From Chiloscyllium plagiosum (Eukaryota), in assembly GCF_004010195.1 (NCBI RefSeq), contig NC_057756.1, positions 7,005,095 to 7,069,094 of the forward strand: a stretch of DNA of 64,000 nucleotides, read 5' to 3'. The notes beneath the pieces are model-generated. The model had not been told where the DNA came from, did not search any database, and worked only from the letters and a program-made list of their open reading frames with translations. A program made the position numbers and the translations under genes. Below, in pieces: positions 12,846 to 24,990 of the stretch; the stretch's first letter is position 1; each line of letters begins with the position of its first letter.

Positions 12846-14109
12846 ATAGAGATGTACAGCATAGAAACTTACCCTTTGATCCAACTCGTTCATGTCGATC
12901 AGATATCCTAATCTAACCTAATCCCATTTGCCAGCACTTGGCCCATATCCCTCTAATCCCTCCCCATCCAGATGCCTTTTAAATGTTATTATTGCACCAG
13001 CCTCCACCACTTTCTCTGGCAGCTCATTCCATACACACGCAGTGTCACAGTGGTTAGCACTGCTGCCTCACAGAGCCAGAGACCCGGGTTCAATTCCCGC
13101 CTCAGGCGACTCTCTGTGTGGAGTTTGCACATTCTCCCCGTGTCTGCGTGGTTTCCTCCGAGTGCTCCGGTTTCCTCCCACAGTCCAAAAAATGTGCAGG
13201 TTAGGTGAATTGGCCAAGCCAAATTGCCCGTAGTGTTAGGTGAAGGGGAATGGGTCTGGGTGGGTTGCTCTTCGGAGGGTCGGTGTGGACTTGTTGGGCC
13301 AAAGGGTCTGTTTCCACATTGTAAGTAATCCAATCTACTGTACCACACCACCCTCTACTAGGTCCCTTTTAAATTTTTCACCTCTCACCCTAAACCTACA
13401 CCCTCCAGTTCTGGACTCCTCCACCCCAGGGAAAAGACTTTGTCTATTTACCTGTCCATGCCCCTCATGATTTTATAAACCTCTATAAGGCATCTATAAA
13501 CCTCAGCCTCTGACGGTCCAGGGAAAACAGCCTCAGCCTATTCAGTCTCTCCCTGTAGCACAAACCTTCCAACCCTGGCAACATCATCTCTACATCTCCT
13601 TTGTCAATCCCCCTTAGCATCTCATATACCTCAATTCAGCCCGCCCTCATTCTGAGAGTGTAGGCCTATCCTACTCAGTCTTCCTAAGACAAATCCTTTA
13701 TCTCTAGAATCAATCCTCTGAACTGTCAGCCTCTGAACGCTATCCCTCATGTAAAGGGGACCAAAACTGTGTACAATACTCCAGATGTTGTCTCACTGTT
13801 GCCTTGTACAGTTGTAGCAACACTTCTCCACTTTTATGCGATAAGCAACACTTTTCCAATTTAATACATTATTGAATGGCATTGCTGCCTTGCAGCGCCC
13901 AGGACCTGGGTTCGATGCCCACCTTGGGCGACTGTCTGTGTGGAGTTTGTACATTGTCCCCGTGTCTACGTGGGTTTCCTCCTACAATCCAAAGACGTGC
14001 AGGTTAGGCGGATTGGTCATGCTAAATTGCCCTGTAGCATCGAGGGATGTGCAGGCTGGGTGAATTAGTTACGGGACATGTAGGATTACAGGAACAGGAT
14101 GGGTTTTGA

Positions 14110-15112
14110 CAGCGCCAGGGACCCTGGTTTGATTCCAGAATTGGGCGAATGTCTGTGTAGGGTTTGCACATTCTCCCCGTGTCTGCGTGGGTTTCCTCTG
14201 GGTGCTCTGAATTCCTCCCAGAGTCCAAAGATGTGCAGGTTAGGGTGAATTGGCCATGCTAAATTGTCCCATAGTGTCCAGGGATGTGCAGGTTAGGGTG
14301 AATTGGCCATGCTAAATTGTCCCACAGTGCCCCAGGGATGTGCAGGTTAGGGTGGATTGGCAGTGCTAAATTGTCCCATAGTGTCCAGGGATGTGTAGGC
14401 TAGGGCGGATTGACCATGCTAAATTGTCCCATCGTGTCCAGAGATGTGCAAGTTAGGGTAGATTGGCCATGCTAAATTGCCCCTTGGTATCCATGGATGT
14501 GCAGTTAAGGGTGGATTGGCTATGCTAAATTGTCCCATTGTGTCCAGGGATATATAGGCTAGGGTGGATTGGCTGTGCTAAATTGTCCCATAGTGTCTAG
14601 GGATGTGCAGGTTAGGGTGAATTGGCCATGTTCAATTGTCCCATAGTGTCCAGGGATGTGTAGGCCAGGGTGGATTGGCTGTGATAAATTATCCCATAGT
14701 GTCCAGGGATGTGTAGGCCAGGGCGGATTGGCCATGCTAAATTGTCCCTTAGTGTCCAGGGATGTGCAAGTTAGGGTAGATTGGCTGTGCTATATTGTCC
14801 CATAGTGTCCAGGGATGTGCAGGTTAGGGTAGATTGGCTGTGCTAAATTGTTCCACAGTGCCCAGGGATGTGCAGGTTAAGGTGGATTGACCATGCTAAA
14901 TTGTCCCATAGTGGCCAGGGATGTGCAGGTTAGGGTGGATTGTCCATGCTAAAATGCCTGTAATGTTCACAGATATGTAAGTTAGGTGCATTAGTCAGGG
15001 GTAAATGTAGGATGATAGGGTAGGGGAATGGGTCTGGGTGGGATACTCTTTGGACGGTCGGTGTGGACTTGTTGGGCCAATTGGCCTGTTTCCGCACTGT
15101 AGGGATTCGATG
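14110..15112 (+). repeat. HE1 SINE with ~14 tandem 53-bp units
   Basis: Same unit repeated over ~14228-14960. Confidence 0.88.
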
Positions 15113-15868
15113 AAATATATTGATGTCATGCTTTCAAACGGCTGCTGGAGAAACTGCAACGTTGTCTGTCTTAGGGAATGATGATTTCAAACTATTTGCC
15201 CCTCCCGGCCTCTTCCCAAGCATGGCTCACCATCATATGCTCGTCAAGGTAACTGGAAAAGAGATGCACCTTTGCCTCGGATCCCCATGGTGACTGTTTC
15301 CTGGCCTTGAACTGACAAAGTTCACAGTTCAGCAGAAGGGGACTGGGCCTTATCTCAGTGTTGCAGTTGCTGTTGTGCGCAGACAAAGAATGCAAGGCGT
15401 TGTCCCTCCAGGAAATCCATGCTACTTGAAATTCCTAGTCTGTTATGCGTAGACAGCGACAAAAGTGAAACCCATTCGGGATCCAGGGAACCTGCCAGGT
15501 CTAACATTGCAAATGCAAACCTGGATGCAAGTGCACCAGATTCTCAACTGATCGTGCACGTGGTTCCATTAATCCTGCTCTTCCTGCCTTGTGTCTGCGT
15601 GGGTTCCCTCTGGTTGCTCCAGTTTCCTCCCACAATCCAAACCTATGTAGGTTTGGGTAAATAGGCCATGCTGACTTACCCATTATGTTAGGTGCATTAG
15701 TCAGGGTGGGGAATGGGTCTGGTTGGGTTACTCTTCAGAGGGTCGGTGTGAACTCATTGGGCTAAATGGCCTGTTTCCACACTGCTGGTAATCTAATTAC
15801 AAGACTCTGTATGTTTCTTTCGCTTGCGAGTAACCCACGCTAATATCTACATCCTTTACCTGTTGCAG

Positions 15869-16132
15869 TTGGTCCTGAAGACCTTCGAATTTCCATTGAT
15901 CCTGACAAGGAAGATATCACTGTGGGGTCAAATGTCACGTTCAACTGTTCTGCACAGTCAGTTCCAGCTCCCGAATTTGAGTGGTTTTTCCAAGGGCATC
16001 CTCTGAATCGAACAGGACAGATGATGACCATTGCTCGCTACGGCCCGAGTCACAACGGCGTTTACATGTGCCAAGTCTACAACAATATGACTGGAAAATA
16101 CGCCAATGCAACCACAGAGGTCCATGTTGTAG
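15869..16132 (+). CDS. Gene A, IgC2 B-type exon B1
   Basis: tgttgcag| ... |gtaag, 264 nt, phase 1/1. Reads FGPEDLRISIDP...VTFNCSAQSVPAPEFEW...NGVYMC. Confidence 0.93.
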
Positions 16133-18113
16133 GTAAGAAGTAAAAGAGCGCCCTCTTGGGCAACAGGAAAGAATTGAACTCTATCCAAAGGTGCAGGAGA
16201 TGGTGGTGCAGCAGTGCTGACACTGGACTAGCAAGTCCTTGAGCAATGTTGGGGGCTGTGGGTTCAAATCTTACCATCGTAACTACCGCAAGTCAGGGAT
16301 GTGAAGCCACTTTCACAATCCTGATGACCAAAGTAACCAGTGAAGGCAAGGTCAGCACGAGGAAATTGAAATTAATATCACGCCGGGTAACAAGGTAGGA
16401 TTTGGACCCTGGAGATCGACATTACAGTGACATCTCACTCCCCAAATGGCTATCAAAGTGCTTGGCTGCATCCTGGATGTGACAGGATAATTACATCTCT
16501 GGAGAAGGCCTGTCTTGCCCACAGCAGCTCTCCGAGTGGGCATCATGCCATGCTGCCGCCCTTTCTGTGTCACCCCCGCGCATTTATGCCTGTGTGAATA
16601 TATGCTGCCATTGATGCGGCTGAGGTCAAGGAAGCTTTTCGCTCATCTGTTCCCTCGCGCGCCCTCCCCTACTGCAGATAGTGATGCCTTTTCGGGCTCG
16701 CTCAGGGCTGACGCCACTGAGTTGCTCTTGGCGATTGAGCTGCCCCACCTACAATGCATTCTGTTCCCTTGCCACACTCTATGCTTCAGTGGAGGAGTAC
16801 TGTATCACCAGCCAAGGGGTGGCAGAGAGTAGCTCGCGGGTTCCTTGCCAATGTTTCACTTGATGCCATGTGATTCCATGGGGTCTTGAGTCAACGTCAA
16901 GGGCTCCCAGAGCAACTCCTGAGTGGGCCACCGCCTCTGGGTTTGGTGCCAAGCGTATTGAGTATTGGAGCCGCACTAATCTCAGTGAGTTGTGAGCATT
17001 CAATCATATTTCTCACTTGTCGATAATGGGCAGGTTTCGGGAGTCTTGGGGAGTTCGTTTCTCACTGCGGGATTCCCAGCCTCTGACCTGGTCCTGTAGC
17101 TGTGTAATTGGAACCCATTGCAAAGGAAGTGGGTAGCTGTTTTTTACAGGACATTCACAGCAATGTCTACTGAGTTCCAATCACATTTGCCTTAAGCTGC
17201 AGAACGAACAGAAATTTTATGTCGGTAATGAAAGGGCAATTTTATTCATTGTGCTAAGTGGAATGTGAATTGATTTCTCTTTGGAATACCTTGACCAAGA
17301 ACAAAGACTCATTGTTTCTCAAATTCCATCAGTTGCAGATGCAAAGAAGGTTCATCATGCATTAAACCTTTGAAAAGCAATGAAAATTCGACAAAATCAA
17401 ACTGGAAATGCAATATTTGACTGGGCAGGGGATTAAAATTGGTGAAGGGCTTTTGCCCGAAATGTCGATTTTCCTGCTCCTCGGCTGCTGCCTGACCTGC
17501 TGTGTTTTTCCGTCACCACTTTAATCTTGACTCTGATCTCCAGCATCTGCAGTCCTCACTTTCGCCTCATTCTGAGTATGTTTACCATCCTGTCCCAGTT
17601 AATGCAGGGTTAAGGGGTGAAGGATCCTCTTCAGCGGGTCTGTGCAGACTTGATGGGCTGATTGGCCTCAATCTGCATTGTAGGGATTCTTTACTTCATT
17701 GATTTTTCACCACTGATCAAGAATCTATCTCTCTTGAGCCTAAATACATACAAGGATGTTGCCCCCACAGCTCTCTGTAGGAGGGGGATGTTCCAAAGTC
17801 TCAAAACCCTCTGAGAGAGGAAATTCCTGTATATCTCAGATTTCAGTTGGCACCCCTCTTGAGTATAAGAGCAGACAGTGCTACTTACAGAAGGTGGCCT
17901 TCAATCCCGTGCTACATTGCCGTGTGGCGTGCAGCGATGTACAGGCTTGGTGGGTTAAGCCATGGCAGATGCAGGGATAGGGGTGTTGAGGACTCGATGG
18001 GCTGTATAGCCTCAGTCTGTACTGCAGGGATTCTAAGTAGTAGCATTTTGCCAGCCCACCTGAAATACTTCTCCTTTGACTTCAGCGGAACTGTATATCA
18101 GGCAGGGACAGAA

Positions 18114-18158
18114 AATCCTTGGATTTCAACAATTGGAAATTGTTGAAATCCAAGGATT
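18114..18158. repeat. Perfect 21-bp hairpin with GGA loop
   Basis: aatccttggatttcaacaatt-gga-aattgttgaaatccaaggatt. Confidence 0.95.
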
Positions 18159-19422
18159 GGAGCGGCAGACTGGTTTTAACTCTCAATGCCGAAATTAACA
18201 TTATCTGAAATCAACATGACCTCTTCTTTCTGGATTTAAATTTACTCGCTGAGCTGAAAGGTTCATTTTCAGATGTTTTGCCACCAGACTAGGTTACACC
18301 AATAGTGAGCCTCTGGCGCCATCTGGAGGCTTACTAATGATGTTACATAGTGTGGTGATGAAACTAACCTTCCAGCTCAGCGAGCAAACCTCCATCCAGA
18401 ACCTCAACCTGAGCTCCAAATCTTCTCAAAACTCGCCATGACCTCTTCTTATTTACTGGTTCCGTACACCTCCTGCAATAACTTAATTCAGGTGTCAGTA
18501 GGGAACATCCGGCCAATATAATGTTCTGAAAGTTTGACGTTAAAGAAAATATGATGGCACAGTGGCTAGTGACTGCTGCCTCACAGCACCAGCGAGCCGG
18601 GTTCGATTCCCACCTCAAGGCGACTGTCTGTGTGGAATTTGCACATTCTCCCCATGTCTACGTGGATTTACTCTGGTTTCCTCCCACAATCCAAAAAGAT
18701 TTAGATTACTTATAGTGTGGAAACAAGTCCACACTGACCCTCCAAAGAGCAACCCACCCAGACCCCTACATTTACCCCTTCAACTAACACTACAGGCAAT
18801 TTAACATGGCCAATTCACCTAACCTGCACATTTTTGGACTGCGGGAGGAAACCAGAGCACCTGGAGGAAACTCACACAGACACGGGCAGAATGTGCAAAC
18901 TCCACACAGCCAGTTGCTTGAGGTGGGAATTGAACCCAGGTCTCTAGCGCTGTGAGGTAGCAGTGCTAACCACTGTGCCACCCAGCTATAGGCCAGTTGA
19001 ATTGGCCAAGCTAAATTTCCAAGTCGGGGTAAATATAGAGTAAGGAAATGGGAGTGGGTGGGTTACTCTTCGGACTTGTGTGGACTTGTTGGGTCGAAGG
19101 GCCTGTTTCCATACTGTAGGTAATCTAATCTAAAACAAATTGCATTAAAATAATCTTTTTTGACACATAGTGTTTACAAGCAAGGGTTGGTTAGTTAGTT
19201 TGCAATGCAGAGTGATGTCATTGGCATGAGTTCACTTCACACACCAAGACCTCTCCTTTTCAACCCCATCCCTCGCCTGCGTTATCTCTTTCTAATGAGA
19301 GAGAAGGACAATAGCAATTTCACCTTTCATTTTCACGCAAATGCTCCAGCGCCAATGCACTGATTTCAATAAAATGGAAAGCTATGCAACAATAGAAAGA
19401 CAATCGTTTCTCTCTATTCCAG

Positions 19423-19701
19423 AGCCGGTCTCGAAGCCAAACATTACTGCAGATGTTTCAGACCCTGTTGAACACAACGACACGGTGTCCTTGACTTGTC
19501 ACGTGACTGGTGATCTGCGATATCTGAACTGGATGAAGGCGAACCAGTTTATTCAGAACAACGAGAGGGTGAAGTTATCAGAGGATAATGTCACACTGTC
19601 AATATTATTGGTGAACAGATCTGATTCAGGCAATTACACGTGCCAGGCATGGGGCTACAGAAATAACGAAACCAGCAATCCATTTGAACTGAACGTTTAC
19701 T
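19423..19701 (+). CDS. Gene A, IgC2 A-type exon A2
   Basis: ctattccag| ... |gtgagt, 279 nt. Reads EPVSKPNIT...SLTC...NWMK...DSGNYTC. Confidence 0.93.
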
Positions 19702-20844
19702 GTGAGTACAAATCAGTGACGGTATGTTAGAATTTTAAATTTTGCTGTTTGTACCTCATGGTAATTTATTGAAATATTTTATCCAAATTCAGGAAGTGTA
19801 ATTTGTCACATTATTGGGTATGCCAATTACTTTCTATCTAGATGACTGGAGTCTAAGGGTTCAGAAGTTGTGCTGCAGGTGTACAAAATCCTAATTTACC
19901 TACAAATTCCTGGTTGGACCTCCCTCGGAGTGCTGTCCGCAGAAATGGACACCACACCTGAGGAAGAATATATTGACCTCAGAGGGAGTGCAGGTTTACA
20001 AGAATGATACCCGGACTGAGGAGAGATTATACAAATTGGACCTGGTTTCTTGAGAATATGGAAGGTTAAGGGGTGATCTTATAGAAGTCTTCAATGCAAT
20101 AACAAGAAAAGACAGATAAACTTACAGACGAACTCGTTCCACTGGTTAGAGATTCCTGAACTAGGGGGCATAGTCGAATAATTCTGGCCAGTTGAGTTCA
20201 GGAGAGACGTTAGGAAGCACGCAAAGGGTGGGGGACATTTGGAATGCTGTTCCACAAACAGCAGTGGATGCTGGATCAGTTGTTAATTTTAATTTTGAGT
20301 TCGGTGCAGCGAAAATATTAAGGGATATGGAGCGAAGGAAGGAAGGTGGAGGTAGGCCACGGATCAGCCACAATCTCATTGAATGGTGGAACAGGCTAAA
20401 GGGGCTGAACGGCCTCCTTCTGTTCCTATGTAGATGCTGTTTTACAGCATGCATTTGCTGGGGATTAGTTAGCTCAGTTGGCTGGACAGCTGGTTTGCAA
20501 TGCAATGTGATATTAACCAACTCCCACAATCTATGAGTGCAGGATATAGGGTCTCCTTCTTAACCTCGCCCCATGTCCTGACCAGCAGTCATTCCTCCTG
20601 ACCCCCTGCGGTTTGGTAACTTTACCTTGGCCGTTACCTTGGTCACTTTGGCTTGTAAAGATCTTGCACCATAGCTTCAAACTCCAACATGTACACAATA
20701 AAACTCGAATTAAAAGCTTATCTCGGTAATGGTAGACTTGTATCTTTATTCATAAAAGTTGATCTGCTTCACTCATCTGCTTTGTAGCAGGAAGCTGCTA
20801 TCCTTACTCAATCTGGCCTACTTCTGACTCCAGTCTCTCAGTAA

Positions 20845-21570
20845 TTAGATTAGATTACCTACAGTGTGGAAACAGGCCATTTGGCCTAACATGTCCACAC
20901 CAACCCTCTGAAGAATAACCTACCAAGACCCATTTCCCTACCCTACATTTACCCTTGACTAACGCATCTAACACTATGGACAAGTTAGCATGGCCAATCC
21001 ACCCTAACCTGCACATCCCTGAATACTATGGGACAATTTAGCATGGCCAATCCACCCTAACCTGCACATCCCTGGGCACTATGGGACAATTCAGTATGGC
21101 CAATCCACCCTAACTTGCACATCCCTGGGCACTATGGGACAATTCAGTATTGCCAATCCACCCTAACCTGCACATCCCTGGGCACTATGGGACAATTCAG
21201 TATGGCCAATCCACCCTAACTACATATCCCTAGACACTATGGGACAATTTAGCATGGCCAATCCACCCTAACCTGCACATCCCTGGACATTGTGGGACAA
21301 TTTAGCATGGCCAATCCACCCTAACCTGCACATCCCTGGACACTATGGGACAATTTGCATGGCCAATCCACCCTAACCTACACATCCCTGGACATTATGG
21401 GACAATTTAGCATGGCCAATCCACCCTAACCTCCACATCTTTGGACTGTGGGAAAAAACCGGAGCACCTGGAGGAAATCCATGCAGACATGGGGAGAATA
21501 TGCAAACTCCACACAGACAGTAGATCAAGGAGGGAATCGAACTTGGGTCCCTGATGCTGTGAGGTAACAG
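20845..21570 (-). repeat. HE1 SINE with ~9 tandem 53-bp units
   Basis: Unit gcatggccaatccaccctaacctgcacatccctggacactatgggacaattta. Confidence 0.85.
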
Positions 21571-23060
21571 TAGATGCAGCCCTTGAAAATGTGCGAGGAA
21601 ATCACTATGAGATGTGGAAAAAGTTAAAAATCACACAACACCAGGTTATAGTCCAATAGCTTTATTTGGAAGCACTAGCTTTCAGAGCGCTGCTCCTCTG
21701 TCAAGTAGCTAGAAGTCTGTTGCCCATTCCATTGCTGAAAATCTACCCTGTTTCCAGGTGCAAAGGATGAGTCTGGGCCAAACATTCTTCCAAGTATTTC
21801 ATAAGCATCCCGGCAGTGTGGAAAGAGGCCGTTGGGCCCATCGAATCTGCAAGTTCATTTATAAAATGGAGTTCTTCATTCATTTTGTGTGTTCCTTCTT
21901 TTCCTTGAATTCAGAAGAGTTTTACCAGGATGTTGCCGGGTATGGAAGTTCTGAGTTAGAAAGAAAAGTGGGACTTTAATCACTGGAGCATAGGAGATTG
22001 AGAAGCGACCTCATGAAGGGTATAGATAGATTTCCTACAGTATGGAACAGGCCCAACAAGTCCACACCGATCCTCTGAAGAGCAACTCACCTAGACCGAT
22101 TCCCCTCCATTTACCCCTGATTAATGTACCTAACACTATGGGTGATTTAGCACGGTCAATTCACTTAACCTGTACATCTTTGGGCTGTGGGAGGAAACCC
22201 ATGCAGACATGGGGAGAATGTACAAACTCCACACACATTGTGGCCCGAGGCCAGAATCGAACCCTGGAGCTGTGAGGCAGCAGCGCGAGCCACTGAGCCA
22301 CTGTGCCACCCCAGAGTTGATGGGTGTTGTCTTTTCCCTAGGATGGGGGGGTGGTTTCAGGAGCAGGGGGCACATTCTTCAACTGAGAGAAAAAAGATTT
22401 CAGAAAGATGCGAGGGGCAAACATTTTGCACAGAGGGTGGTCCTCATGTGGAGTGAAAGAAGTGGTGGATGTGGGTACACTTACAGTGTTTAAAAGAAAT
22501 TTGAGTAAGTCCATGAATAGGAAAGATTTGGAGGGATATGGGCCAGGAACAGGCAGGTGGGACTAGTGCAGTTTGGGATTGTGTTCGGTATGGACTGGTT
22601 GGACCAAAAGATCTTTTTCCGTGCTGTGGAAAGTTAGGACATGATGAGATCTGTGCCCAAAGTCAAGTCCAACATGCAGCACCTGAGGTAGAGCAAGGGC
22701 ACAGGTTCTGAGCTCCTCCCCCAGCTGAAAGGGGCATCAAATCCTGTGCCAATCTGGTCCACACTAGCGCTCCACCAAATAAGACACCGTAGATACTTGA
22801 GTTGCCATGGTGACACACATGTTCCATATGCTGTGGATATCAGAGGCTCCAATCTCTCTCCACACACAGCTGACCAGAAATCTCTCCCACTCTCCTACCA
22901 CATGCGATGTGAAGATTTTCACGTTGACACACACATATGGCCATTTTTACGAATGTCCTTCCCTTAGCCATCGAATCCTAACAGTGTGATCCAGAGCTCA
23001 GAGACAGAGAGCACTCCTGTGTGTTCCTGTTACTTATAGCAATGCTCTCTCTCATTCCAG

Positions 23061-23324
23061 ACGGACCGGATACACCTCAGCTGACTATTGAAGACGAGAA
23101 GGAAGTGTATGCACCTGAATCCGATATCGTTCTCCGGTGTACTGCTGACTCTGTTCCTCCTGCAACGTTCGAATGGCTATTGAACGGCATCTCTCTTCAG
23201 CAGACAAGTGAAACACTAACCCTTTCCAAAATTAACATAAGTGACTTTGGGAATTACACCTGTAAGGCTTATAACAACCGCACCATGTTATATGCAGAAA
23301 CAACAAAGAAAATAACAGCAATTG
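23061..23324 (+). CDS. Gene A, IgC2 B-type exon B2
   Basis: ctcattccag| ... |gtgagg, 264 nt. Reads YGPDTPQL...LRCTADSVPPATFEW...DFGNYTC. Confidence 0.93.
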
Positions 23325-24181
23325 GTGAGGATTTAATTCTGTGTTCCCCATGTAGAAATGAAAAATATGCTGTTAGGGTGTACACTGGGATTTGGTGTTA
23401 ATAATTGCTTGTGTGCATATTCTATTGCAATAGAAGGTGTGCTGCGTATCAGAACATAGAACATTACAGCACAGTACAGGCCCTTCAGCCCTCGATGTTG
23501 CACCGATCTGTGGAACCAATCTGAAGCCCATCTATCCTACACTTTTCCATTTTCAGCCATATGTTTATCCAATGATCATTTCAATGCCCTTAAAGCTGGC
23601 GGGTCTACTCCCATTGTAGGCAGGGTGTTCCATACCCCTACTACTCTCTGAGTAACGGAACTACCTCTGACTATCCACTCATTGATCGCCTTCCAACGCT
23701 GTGTAACACAAGAAGATGAAGTGGCCGGAATTCCTAATCCATGCCACCAATTATATTACCACCAAACCCATGCTGATACAGCACAATCACGGCTTACTTA
23801 TCAAAAGCTTTCTGAATATCCAAATAAACCACATCCACTGCGCCTCCCTCATCTATTCTCCATGTTATGTCTTCAAACAAGCTCCAGGGGATTTGTCAAA
23901 CATGATTTCCCTTTCAGATTTCCATAATAACTTTGTTGTATTTTCAGAGTGCCCTTTTATAACTTTCTTTTATAACAGACTCTAGCATTTTCCCTACCAT
24001 CGATGTTAGGTTGATGAGTCTAGAATTCCCAGCTTTCTCTCACCCCCTTTATCTTCGAAGCAGTGGGGTTGCATTTGCCAGCTGGAACTGTTCCTGAATT
24101 TACCGAATTTTGCAAGTTAGCAGTCAATGTATCCACTATCTTCATGGTCACCTCCTTGAATACCCTGGGATGTAGATCATC

Positions 24182-24990
24182 AGAGTCAAGTGTGCGGTGC
24201 TGGAAAAGCACAGCAGGTTAGGCAGCATCCGAGGAGCAGGAGAATCAACATTTCGGGCAAACGCCCTTCATCAGGAATGAAGATGGGAGCCTCAGGGATG
24301 GAGAGATAAATGGGAGGGGGGTGGGGCAGGGGTAAAGGTAGCTGAGAGTGCGAAAAGTGGATGGAGGTGGGGGTAAAGGTGATAGGTCAGAGGGGAGGAT
24401 GGAGCAGATAGGTGGGAAGGAAGATGGACAGGTGGGACAGGTCATGAGGACAGTGCTGAGGTCCCGAAGGGGAAGATGAGGCGTTCTTCTTTTAGGCATC
24501 CGGTGGTGAGGGAGTGGCAATGGAGGAGGCCCAGGACCTGCATGCCCTCAGCAGAGTGGGAAGGGGAGTTGAAATGTTCAGCCACAGGGCAGTGAGGTTG
24601 GTTGGTCCAGGTGTCCCGAAGATGTTCTCTGAAGCGCTCTGCGAGAAGGCGTCCAGTCTCTCCAATGTAGAGGAGACTGCATTGTGAGCAACGGATACAA
24701 TAAATGATATTGGTGGATGTGCAGGTAAAACTTTGATGGATGTGGAAGGCTCCTTTGGGGCCTTGGACGGAGGTGAGGGAGGAGGTGTGGGCACAGGTTT
24801 TGCAATTCCTGCGGTGGCAGGGGAAGATGCCAGGATGGGAGGGTGGGTTGTTGGGGGGGGCGCGGACCTGACCAGGTAGTACAGAAGGAGTGGTCTTTAC
24901 AGAAAGTGGAAAGGGGTGGGGAGGGAAATATATCTCTGGTGGTTTGTAGGTGGCGGAATTGGCGGAGGATGATGCGATGTATACGGAGGT
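24182..24990 (-). mobile_element. Penelope-like retroelement 3' part: GIY-YIG endonuclease remnant plus terminal repeat
   Basis: Manual translation FTCTSTNIIYCIRCSQCSLLYIGETGRLLAERFREH...VAEHFN, followed by a hammerhead-like motif at ~24245-24278. Confidence 0.9.

Noticed and set aside
14228..14960. Regular repeat array as a possible CRISPR or telomeric array
   Set aside because: Units are contiguous with no unique spacers, sit inside an HE1 SINE, and contain only one TTAGGG each.
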